Below are positions 9,405-17,632 of a stretch of DNA of 64,000 nt, one piece after another; within the stretch, counting starts at the first letter, position 1, and every line of letters starts with the position of its first letter. Source of the stretch: an uncultured Candidatus Micrarchaeota archaeon (lineage in GTDB: Archaea > Micrarchaeota > Micrarchaeia > Norongarragalinales > CAINOH01); the NCBI GenBank assembly GCA_903851445.1, contig CAINOH010000009.1:261784-325783 (forward strand), given 5' to 3'. Made by a program: the position numbers and the translations under genes. Under the pieces are notes generated by a model. It was not told the origin of the DNA. It worked only from the letters and a program-made list of their open reading frames with translations, and ran no database searches.

Positions 9405-10535
9405 ATGCAAATGGACCTCCTTTTCGACGACGAATGCATGCGTTCGCTCCTTCCGGAGATCGAGTCGTGCGCAGCCGCAATCCGCGCGTGGCTTGACGAA
9501 AAGCGCCTGCTTTGCGTTCGCTACAACGACGACTGCGACGGCGTCACCTCCGGGCTTGAAATCTACGCAGCTGCAAGGGCGTACGCAAAGGAGAAGCTGC
9601 TTCCGGAAGGGAACGTGACCGGCTTCCAGGTGCCTTCTGCGGTCTACTCAAAGCGCGACGCGTTCGACGACGTGGTGCGCGCCCGCGATGCAGGAAAGCC
9701 GCTTGCCGTTGTGATTACCGACCTTGGCGCCAATGCCGAGAGCGTGGATGGATTAAAGGCACTCAAGGATTCGGGAGCAATGGTGTGCATAATCGACCAC
9801 CACCCGCCGAATGCCGATGCTGTCGGCCTTTGCGACGTGTTCGTGACCTCGCACACTTACGACAATTCCGGGGCGCACACCGCAGGCCTGGTTGCCTATG
9901 AGGTTGCAAGGCGGATTGGCGCGGGTGCCGCAAAATCCGAGTGGGTCAGCTGGTCACTGCAGTCCGACAAGAGCACGCTTGCAAGCGGCGATTACCCGCA
10001 GGCGAAGGCGCTTGACTACCTCGCGCACTTTTCCGAGCCCGCGGTCTCCATTGACGATTATTACGAGAAGGTCTCGGACGAGCACATGCTCAAGCTTGCC
10101 ACCGACCTTGCAATCAAGGGCGAGGACAAGGCGCTCAAGATTATGAAGGACCACGCCACAACGCGCAAAATAGGCGAAACCGCGCTGCTGATTGTGGCGG
10201 ATATGTCCAAGGCGACCTCCAAGACCTCCTACCCGCCCAAGGGCAGGGCGCTTAATCTGGTGCAGGACTACTATTGCGCCCGCTTTCCTGACAAGGCTAT
10301 TGTCTCAATGGGCTATTCTGATGATTCAATCAGCATCCGCGCAAACGCAAAGGCGCGCGAGGCAGGTTTCGACTCAAACCCAATCATCGCCACGCTCAAG
10401 TCCGAGCTTCCGCACGCAATCCGAAGCGGCGGCGGGCACTCCGCTGCGGCTAACGTGCGGGTTGAGCTTGAGTTCGGCGAGAGCGTGCGGAAAAGGATGG
10501 AAGAGCTGATTGCCGAGGCTCTTGCGAAGAATTAG
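9405..10535 (+). CDS. DHH/DHHA1 phosphoesterase (RecJ-like)
   Basis: NDDCDG, ITDLG, IIDHHPP and C-terminal GGGHSAAA motifs. Confidence 0.85.
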   Translation: MQMDLLFDDECMRSLLPEIESCAAAIRAWLDEKRLLCVRYNDDCDGVTSGLEIYAAARAYAKEKLLPEGNVTGFQVPSAVYSKRDAFDDVVRARDAGKPLAVVITDLGANAESVDGLKALKDSGAMVCIIDHHPPNADAVGLCDVFVTSHTYDNSGAHTAGLVAYEVARRIGAGAAKSEWVSWSLQSDKSTLASGDYPQAKALDYLAHFSEPAVSIDDYYEKVSDEHMLKLATDLAIKGEDKALKIMKDHATTRKIGETALLIVADMSKATSKTSYPPKGRALNLVQDYYCARFPDKAIVSMGYSDDSISIRANAKAREAGFDSNPIIATLKSELPHAIRSGGGHSAAANVRVELEFGESVRKRMEELIAEALAKN

Positions 10536-10585
10536 CTGAAACCAAGAAGAAGCAAAAAGCGCAAATGAAAAGAAACAGGAATAAC

Positions 10586-12304
10586 TTAGCTGTTTATGGT
10601 TGCCGAGTCTCCGGCTTCCTTGTCGGCGTCCTTTGCCTTTTCCTTCGCATTCGTGGAAGCGGCGTCCTTCTTGTTTGGCTGGCCGGCATTGTCCGCCTTC
10701 GGTGCCATTGCCGCGGAAACCTTCTGCCCGATTTCCTCGCGCGCGTAGAGGAGCACGACTATCGCGGCTCCGATGAGCATTGCGATTATGTATGATAGGT
10801 TCGAGCCAACTGTCTTTGTGAAGAAGCCGGTGATTCCGCCGCTAACGGTGTTGAGCGTGATTGCCCGCTGGCCGACTATCTTGCCATTCTGTGAGCGGAG
10901 CACGAGCACCCCTGCGGCTTCGCCTTGCGCGTCTGCCGGAGCGGTGACTGAAAGCGTGATGTTTATCGAGCTGCCGGGCGCGACGTCCTGCGGGCCCTCC
11001 TTCTGCTCCACCACGAACCCCGTTGGCAGGCCTTCGATGGTGCCGGTCACGCCGTAGATTGTCTGGTTGGACGGGTTGGAGAAGCGCTCGGTGGCTGTGA
11101 ATGTGTGCGTCTCGGATGAGATAACGTTCCTGTCTGCGCACTCGGAGGCGCGCACGCTGGTGACAACCGTTTCGCTGAATGGCTTGTTGTCCGCGCCTGC
11201 AAGGCGGCTGCCAGTTACTGTGACGCCAACGTCCTGCGCAAATCCAAGCTTGCTCGCGTTAACTGTGACCGTTGTCGATTCCGAGTCGCCGGCCTGGACC
11301 GTGACTTTGGAGGGCGCGATGCGCACAGCGTCATTATTTGAGGTGAACGTGAATGTGTTTGCGAAGGCGCCGGTGTTCTGCACGCTGATTTGGTAGGTGG
11401 CGTCCTTTCCGCACTCGCCCGAGCCCGCGCTTGCCGGTCCGTTTACCGTTGCGGTCGTGGCCTCGAAAACGGAAAAGCACGCAGTCCTGCGCTCGACTTC
11501 AACTCCGCGGCGGGTGGCGACCACGTCAAGGCACCGCTCTCCTGAAGTTGACGACCCCGGGTTTACTGAAAGCCCAATTACCTTGGACTCCGAATCCCCA
11601 AGGCCAACGGAATAATCCTGGAGCGCCGCCCCAAGTTCGGCTGCGTCGCCTTCGAGCGAAAGGTCAAGAGTGACTGGCACGCCCCGGTTCTCTATTTTGA
11701 TGTCCGTCTGGAGGCTTGAACCCGCATCCAGTTCATAGTGCTCGCTGGCAAAAGAAATATCTGCCGTGATGTCGGAAGGCTCGTAAGCCTGCTCGAAATA
11801 AACGTTCGATACCAGCGGCTGGCTGCATCCTGCGCCCGTGCAGGTGCTGGCTGCTGGCGCGTAGTTGTCAACTGCCGGGAGGTGCTGCTCGATATAGCTT
11901 GTGCAGGCGGTGCAGGGCTCGACAATCATCCGGACCGTCTTGGTCATCTGGGTGCAGGTGCTGAAAGTGGCGTTCCTGCAGATGTTGAACTGGATGATTA
12001 CGTCCTCGTCTCCCTTGAAGCACCCCGGTGAATAGACGTTGATTTTGGTCCCCCTGCTTTGGTATGCGGGAAGTGGCTGGATTGGGCAGGTGACGCTGCC
12101 ATAGATGTAGTTTCCAAAATAGGCGTTGACTGAAAGGGTTGCGTCGGCGCCTTCGGTGTTCTCGGCATAGGCGTAAACCTGGCCGCGGGAGCAGGAGGTC
12201 ATCCTGATAGTGGAGACGTCCGTTGCGGCGGTGTAGGCCCCGACAAGCGGGAGCATAAGCAGGAATATGGACAGTGCAAGGGCGATTTGCCTTTCCGGTT
12301 GCAT
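10586..12304 (-). CDS. Secreted, membrane-anchored surface protein with tandem Ig-like (NEW3/CARDB-like) domains
   Basis: N-terminal signal peptide, Cys-rich first domain, repeated I.N.G beta-sandwich starts, C-terminal ITGFF + TM helix + charged tail. Confidence 0.8.
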   Translation of the reverse strand: MQPERQIALALSIFLLMLPLVGAYTAATDVSTIRMTSCSRGQVYAYAENTEGADATLSVNAYFGNYIYGSVTCPIQPLPAYQSRGTKINVYSPGCFKGDEDVIIQFNICRNATFSTCTQMTKTVRMIVEPCTACTSYIEQHLPAVDNYAPAASTCTGAGCSQPLVSNVYFEQAYEPSDITADISFASEHYELDAGSSLQTDIKIENRGVPVTLDLSLEGDAAELGAALQDYSVGLGDSESKVIGLSVNPGSSTSGERCLDVVATRRGVEVERRTACFSVFEATTATVNGPASAGSGECGKDATYQISVQNTGAFANTFTFTSNNDAVRIAPSKVTVQAGDSESTTVTVNASKLGFAQDVGVTVTGSRLAGADNKPFSETVVTSVRASECADRNVISSETHTFTATERFSNPSNQTIYGVTGTIEGLPTGFVVEQKEGPQDVAPGSSINITLSVTAPADAQGEAAGVLVLRSQNGKIVGQRAITLNTVSGGITGFFTKTVGSNLSYIIAMLIGAAIVVLLYAREEIGQKVSAAMAPKADNAGQPNKKDAASTNAKEKAKDADKEAGDSATINS

Positions 12305-12325
12305 CAAAAACCACCTAAAAATAAC

Positions 12326-12344
12326 GTAACTACTATCTAGTTAC
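12326..12344. promoter_or_regulatory. Perfect 7-5-7 palindrome GTAACTA-CTATC-TAGTTAC (candidate TrmB-family operator)
   Basis: Lies between the minus-strand TATA (plus-strand TATTTAAA, 12352-12359) and the surface-gene start. An imperfect copy, GTTACTA-TTGTC-CAGTAAA, is at 12370-12388. Confidence 0.65.
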
Positions 12345-12465
12345 AACATACTATTTAAACTTATCATTTGTTACTATTGTCCAGTAAATACATATAAATA
12401 TTGGCTCGCACAATAAATCCCTGTGAATGCGAACGCAAAGGCGCCTAAAGGTGGCATTGTTACTA

Positions 12466-13314
12466 ATGGCTGAGGAAAACAACCCGGATAGGTTTAAAAG
12501 CGTTCGAAATCCCAAGATTTCTGACATGGTAAGGCAGAACGCCGACGCTCTAAACCATCTCCGGCAGCTCGGTTTGAACCAATACGAGGCACAGGCATAC
12601 CTAGCCCTGTCGCTGGCAGGCCACGGCACCGCAGGCGAGCTTGCCGAGAACGCGGAACTGCCCAGGCCCCGCGTCTACGACGTCCTGGACAAGCTCCAGG
12701 AAAAGGGCTTCGTGGTGATGAAACCCGGCCGCCCCGTACGTTACGCTTCGCTCCCGCTGCAGGAGGCAATCAAGACCCTCAAGAACCAGAGGCAGACCTC
12801 GCTTGCGGAGGAAATGACGCAGATTGACGAGATATCCGAAAAGCTCGCGTCCAAGCTCAAGCAGAACAAGGCCTCGCAGACCGGAAAGTTCGAGCCCGAC
12901 TCGCACGTGTGGACCCTCAAGGGCCGCGAAGCCATCTATTCCAAGCTCGCAAGCATGGTACACGACGCGTCAGACCGCGTCATAGTCTCAAGCGACCCTG
13001 CCGGCGTTGCATCCTAGCTCAAGGCGCACCTTGCGGAGTTCGAGGCCGCAAAGAAGCGCGGAGTCCACGTGTCTTTCGTTTCTCCTGTTTCCGACAACAA
13101 GGAACTCTCAACGGACCTTGCAAACGTCTCAAACCGCGTGGTGTCCAAGAAGATGCCGACCCGCATGGTGCTTGCAGACGACCAGGCCCTGATGTTCCTC
13201 ACCGGCGAGAACACCCACCCGGACGAGGAAATCGGCCTGTGGGTCAAGAGCCCGCACCTTTCACAGACGCTTGAGAACTCGCTCGGGCTGCCTGCGGTTA
13301 AGGCTAAGGCATAA
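12466..13314 (+). pseudogene. trmB: TrmB-family transcriptional regulator interrupted by one in-frame TAG (13015-13017)
   Basis: LGLNQYEAQAYLAL, ELPRPRVYDVLDKLQEKGFV (TrmB wHTH). The same frame stays open after the TAG to TAA 13314 and encodes the rest of a TrmB C-terminal domain. Confidence 0.75.
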
Positions 13315-13359
13315 ACCGCTCCTCTTGAGTTTTTAATAATTGACACCATAGTATGCGCT

Positions 13360-14040
13360 ATGGAACCTCAAAAGCCGTCAACTGAACTATATTACGGCAT
13401 CCTGAATGAGAAGTCCAATGCCTACGAGGAAAATTATCGCCACATGATGCTCCATAACTACGAGAAAAGCCATTATCACATAGCAGTAGGCTCGAAAGAA
13501 GGGCTAAGGGAGTGGGAGACGGATTTACAAGGCAGGGGCAACCTGGTTCGTATAAAGAAAATCTCCTGCCTGCCCGAGGGGATGGCCGAGGCAATGAAAA
13601 GGCATTACTTGGACTATCCTGAAGAACAACACGACAGCCACGTGGCTCCTCTTGGTTATATCCGTTTTGAGGTCTATGACAACAAAGAAGGAAAAGTTGC
13701 ATTCGCAGAATATTACACTCCGATGGAGTATTACCTAAAGAGCCGAAATGAACGCGAGAAAAGAGGCTCGGGAATCAACGCCTCACTACTTGAGGCCGAG
13801 TGCCTCGAACACCTTCGAGCTTCTGCAGGCGCCACGCACATAACAACCATTTCCGGCTACTATGAATCCAGTTGCCATCGGGGAGGCACCAACCAAAATC
13901 GGCGCAACCAGCTCATCGCGCGCGGAATCGACCCGATGAAGACATATCCCATAGGCGAATGGATTGCAAGGCTGCGCTCGGTGCCGGATTACTCAAGGGT
14001 CAAGAACGGACTGAAAGCCCCAGAAAAGGCCGAGACGTAA
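13360..14040 (+). CDS. Unknown family, paralog 1 (divergent GNAT-like)
   Basis: Shares LGY/H.F.V, VA.A..Y.P, GSGINA.LLEAE.L.HL, TH.TT and RR.QL.A.GI.P..TYPI.EWI..LRS.PDYS with the next two ORFs. Confidence 0.8.
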   Translation: MEPQKPSTELYYGILNEKSNAYEENYRHMMLHNYEKSHYHIAVGSKEGLREWETDLQGRGNLVRIKKISCLPEGMAEAMKRHYLDYPEEQHDSHVAPLGYIRFEVYDNKEGKVAFAEYYTPMEYYLKSRNEREKRGSGINASLLEAECLEHLRASAGATHITTISGYYESSCHRGGTNQNRRNQLIARGIDPMKTYPIGEWIARLRSVPDYSRVKNGLKAPEKAET

Positions 14041-14093
14041 ACTGGAACTTTTCCTGCAAGAGATTAAATTGTTGACCGCTTAGTGCATACTCT

Positions 14094-14720
14094 ATGGAGT
14101 CGCGGAAAAACCCGGTCGAAGGCCTGCACTACGGAATAGCCAAGACCACCTTGGGCACATTCAAGAGGGACCTGGAATCCTCCCGACACCAATACCTGCT
14201 CGGCGTCGGCTCAAAAGAGCAGCTCCAAGACTGGGCGAAGGACGACCAGCTCATAACAATGAAGGACATCTCTTCACGCAGGAAGCTCATGACAAGCGAG
14301 GCGGTTGCGCACTTCCAAAAGCGCATGAAGGACGGAGCGGGCCGGTCGGCGAACCTGGGGCACATCGGTTTCCAAGTACGCAAAAAAGACGGCAAGGTGA
14401 TTGCGTACGCGTACCACTACTACCCCAAGGAGACCGTGAAGGAAATCCGCAGCGACAAGCGCGGCAGGGGCACCGGCATAAGCGCCTCGGACATGGAGGC
14501 GGACTGCCTGGAACACCTCATGGTCAATTTCGGCATCACGCACGTGACTACAAGCGACGGCTACAACACTCGCGGAGAATACATACCGTGCGAGGACACC
14601 AGCAGGGAACGCCGCGACCAGCTCGAGGCACACGGCATCAAGCCGCTCGAAACCTACCCGATAAGGGAGTGGATTGAAAAGCTGCGCTCGAAGCCGGATT
14701 ACTCAAAAATCAAGAAATAA
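14094..14720 (+). CDS. Unknown family, paralog 2 (divergent GNAT-like)
   Basis: RGTGISASDMEADCLEHL, GITHVTTSDG, RRDQLEAHGIKPLETYPIREWIEKLRSKPDYS. Confidence 0.8.
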   Translation: MESRKNPVEGLHYGIAKTTLGTFKRDLESSRHQYLLGVGSKEQLQDWAKDDQLITMKDISSRRKLMTSEAVAHFQKRMKDGAGRSANLGHIGFQVRKKDGKVIAYAYHYYPKETVKEIRSDKRGRGTGISASDMEADCLEHLMVNFGITHVTTSDGYNTRGEYIPCEDTSRERRDQLEAHGIKPLETYPIREWIEKLRSKPDYSKIKK

Positions 14721-14785
14721 GCCCGCACCTTTCAAAGACGCTTGAGAGCTCGCTCGGGCTTCCGGCAAGGAAGGAAAAGGCATAA
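14721..14785 (+). repeat. Diverged direct copy of the last 20 codons of trmB (13250-13314)
   Basis: 55/65 identical by hand alignment; translates PHLSKTLESSLGLPARKEKA* versus PHLSQTLENSLGLPAVKAKA*. Confidence 0.92.
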
Positions 14786-14843
14786 TTCTATCCAGTCCGG
14801 CTTGCAAAAGCGATTATAATTTTGATTGCTTAGTGCATACCAT

Positions 14844-15467
14844 ATGTCCATTGGGAACGCACCGAGAGCCAGCAGTAACCTTCACTACAGCATAGTCGAC
14901 GAAATGCCGAATGACGGTACGCATAACGTGTTTTTAGCCGTAGGCCCAAAGAAAAAGCTGTACGCGGGCCGCAACCTCTTGGCGCAAGACGGCAAGCTTA
15001 TGGCATTGGAAAAAATATCGGCGTTTCCCGAAAACATGGCTTTGGGGATGAAGGCGCATTTCCGCGAATATACCCAGAAATATAACACCGGCCTGGCCCA
15101 GCTTGGTGCCGTTGAACTCAATGTCCGTAAAGTCGGCGCAAGGAAAGTGGCGTATGCAATCGAGTACCACCCAAAGGGGCACGTACGTGATGGGATTGAG
15201 ATAAAGAAAAACTCCGGAATAAACGCCGCACTGCTTGAGGCGGAAATCCTGAAGCACCTCAAGGCGAGCGGAGTCACGCACATGACTACCACCGACGGGT
15301 TCAGGCGGGCGGACGCAAGGGGCTTGAAAAAGAAAAAAACGAACGAGAAACGAAGGGCCCAACTGTTGGCGCGCGGAATCGACCCGGCCAAGACTTACCC
15401 TATAGATGAGTGGATTGCAAAGCTGCGCTCTGTCCCGGATTATTCAAAAATAGGGCCGAAAAACTAG
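14844..15467 (+). CDS. Unknown family, paralog 3 (divergent GNAT-like)
   Basis: NSGINAALLEAEILKHL, GVTHMTTTDG, RRAQLLARGIDPAKTYPIDEWIAKLRSVPDYS. Confidence 0.8.
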   Translation: MSIGNAPRASSNLHYSIVDEMPNDGTHNVFLAVGPKKKLYAGRNLLAQDGKLMALEKISAFPENMALGMKAHFREYTQKYNTGLAQLGAVELNVRKVGARKVAYAIEYHPKGHVRDGIEIKKNSGINAALLEAEILKHLKASGVTHMTTTDGFRRADARGLKKKKTNEKRRAQLLARGIDPAKTYPIDEWIAKLRSVPDYSKIGPKN

Positions 15468-15517
15468 TTGTAACGAATAAGATAAAAATTAAGAAAAAGA
15501 TTGGAAAAACCCAGAAC

Positions 15518-16231
15518 CTACGCCGTTGCCGGCTCTTCCTCGGCCTTCTCTTCGACTTCGGTTTCTGCCTTCGCCTGTTCAGTCTCGTCGCCCGTGATGA
15601 CCTTGGGCGCCTTTTCGGAGTCCTTTCCGGGGAGCGCGACAACGTCCTCGGTGTCGAAGTCCTCCTTTAAGGTGGTCTTGCTGATTTCGACGCGGCGGAT
15701 GCTTGCGCGCTTGCGAAGCACTCCGGTAAGCTCCATGGCAATCTTTCCGTAGACGATGTCGTGGACGATGTCCCCAAGCTCGGTCTTCTTGGCGCGCTCG
15801 GTGAGCGTGTCGATGACAATTTTTCGCATGTCGGTCTTGAGCGAGTTGGAGCAGAGGTTGTTGGTGACAACCACCACCTTGACGCGCAGTTCGGAAGTGT
15901 CAGCTGCCTTGACGGAGAACACGAGGTTTATCACGTCGCGGCGGCGCCTCACAAGGGTGCGTAAATACTCGCGCGAGACCTGGTGGCCGATGAACTTTGT
16001 GTAAGCGGTCTTTCCCTTGACCTCGAACACGCGCAGCTTGACCGCATAGTACATATGGCCGATGTCCTGCGTGATGTCCTTGAGGGGGACGATTATGATG
16101 CGGTTGATTATGTGCTCGTCGTCAAGCGCGGGCACCTGGCCTATCTCCTTTTCGGAGAGGAACTTGGGCGCCATGAGCTTGTACCAGCTCTTTGCCTTGA
16201 ACGTGTCTACGAGTTTCTTGCCTGCTGCCAT
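15518..16231 (-). CDS. rps3ae: 30S ribosomal protein S3Ae (eS1) with acidic tail
   Basis: DTFKAKSWY.LMAP, INRII, TKFIGHQVSREYLRTLVRRRRD, IRRVEISK. Confidence 0.95.
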   Translation of the reverse strand: MAAGKKLVDTFKAKSWYKLMAPKFLSEKEIGQVPALDDEHIINRIIIVPLKDITQDIGHMYYAVKLRVFEVKGKTAYTKFIGHQVSREYLRTLVRRRRDVINLVFSVKAADTSELRVKVVVVTNNLCSNSLKTDMRKIVIDTLTERAKKTELGDIVHDIVYGKIAMELTGVLRKRASIRRVEISKTTLKEDFDTEDVVALPGKDSEKAPKVITGDETEQAKAETEVEEKAEEEPATA

Positions 16232-16250
16232 CAAAAATTCACCGTAAGAT

Positions 16251-16703
16251 TTACTTGACTAATAGCTCCGCCTTCTCCGGGTCGTACTTCCAGTCCGCAG
16301 GCAGCTTGTTGCCGCGGTAGTACTTGACCAGTCGCTTTATCTTTGCCTCGACGTGCGAGAGCTTCTGGCGGTTGTGAGCGTCCTTCTTGTTCGCGACGAT
16401 GTGCTTGTTCATGCGGACGGCGCGGCGGATGAGCGACATCAAGTCAGCGGGATACTTCGGGGCCGAGCCCTTCTCTTCCATTATCTCGACCACGCGCTTT
16501 CCGGTCATCACCTTTGCAGAGGGGATGCCGTACTGGTCGCGGAGCACCTGCCCGATTCCGGCCGGGGTCTTCCCCTCGCGCGCGAGCTTGTCAACGAGCG
16601 AGGTAATCTCGTCCTTGGACAGCTTGACCCAGGTGGGCACTGTCTTTACTGCCGGTTTCCGCGACTTGGCTGCTCCGCGCTTGCGGGTGTGAAGTCTTGC
16701 CAT
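16251..16703 (-). CDS. rps15p: 30S ribosomal protein S15 (uS15)
   Basis: MARLHTRKRG, IGQVLRDQYGIP, PADLMSLIRRA, KIKRLVKYYR, WKYDPEKA. Confidence 0.97.
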   Translation of the reverse strand: MARLHTRKRGAAKSRKPAVKTVPTWVKLSKDEITSLVDKLAREGKTPAGIGQVLRDQYGIPSAKVMTGKRVVEIMEEKGSAPKYPADLMSLIRRAVRMNKHIVANKKDAHNRQKLSHVEAKIKRLVKYYRGNKLPADWKYDPEKAELLVK

Positions 16704-16914
16704 TCAAAACGCAACTCCTAAGTATTTATTGTAAAAGCCGTTTAAGGGCGACTGGAATTTGCCTTTAAAAGCCGTACAGGCAAACGGACAAAGTCGTCCC
16801 TTGCTTGTGGAATTCTTTGTGCCGGCCAAGGGATTTAAAGGTGACGGGAAAGGGGAAAAGGATTAGCTTGGGCAAAAAAGGCAGGATTAATAATCGACAG
16901 GATGTTCCTTGAAT

Positions 16915-17589
16915 ATGGATATTAAAGACTACGCTCCAAACCGGGATAACTTACTAGTCGCACTGAAGTTATTCCTCGTGACGTATGCCATACCCATCAT
17001 CGCAGTTTCCTACACTGTCATTGCAATGTGGTTTGATGCAAATGCCATCGGGACGCCGCTCGAAGGCCCGCTTAGGCTGTTGCTGTGGCCTGCTGCTCTG
17101 CTTACGGCTTTGGCCAGCATTCCTCTCTATTTCCTTTTCAACATCGTGTATGCAAGCGGGATATCAATACCCTTATTCCTTTTCACATACGGCATAACGG
17201 TTGCAAAAGTATCCGCATTGCTTGGCCTACTGGTCATCACCGTGTTGTTGGCGTTCTTCTTTGCCGCAAGAATATCCGCCGGGAGCGAATGGAAAAAAGA
17301 GACGCTCAAATACTGCGCTGCGCTTTTGGTCGCATCGCTTGCAACCGGTTTCCTGTTGGGTGCGTACAATGACACAATTGGAAGAAGTTGCACCGCCGTG
17401 ACGGATTGCAAAGTATATTGCGGAAGCGGCGGGTCCGTCGGTCCCGATTACCTTAACCTGCCGGCTCCATTCCTAGGCATGTCCGGCATGTGCTCACCGA
17501 CATTGAACGACTACGCGCTGACCTGTAACTCCGGAAAATGCGGGGTGGAAAAACAACCGGGATCGCACGTTGAGATTAACTGGCGCTAA
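16915..17589 (+). CDS. Hypothetical multi-pass membrane protein with Cys-rich C-terminal domain
   Basis: About 5 hydrophobic segments, then C..VTDC..YC..C......C..GKC; AT-richer codon use than the flanking genes. Confidence 0.7.
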   Translation: MDIKDYAPNRDNLLVALKLFLVTYAIPIIAVSYTVIAMWFDANAIGTPLEGPLRLLLWPAALLTALASIPLYFLFNIVYASGISIPLFLFTYGITVAKVSALLGLLVITVLLAFFFAARISAGSEWKKETLKYCAALLVASLATGFLLGAYNDTIGRSCTAVTDCKVYCGSGGSVGPDYLNLPAPFLGMSGMCSPTLNDYALTCNSGKCGVEKQPGSHVEINWR

Positions 17590-17632
17590 AAGGCATAGCG
17601 CGATTAGATAAAAGAAAAAGGACGGATGGAGG

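Noticed and set aside
13015-13017. Genome-wide TAG recoding (pyrrolysine or alternative code)
   Set aside because: TAG ends ipk, DUF521, AMP phosphorylase, dapB and rpl39e at their expected C-termini, no other gene is interrupted, and no pyl genes are in the window.
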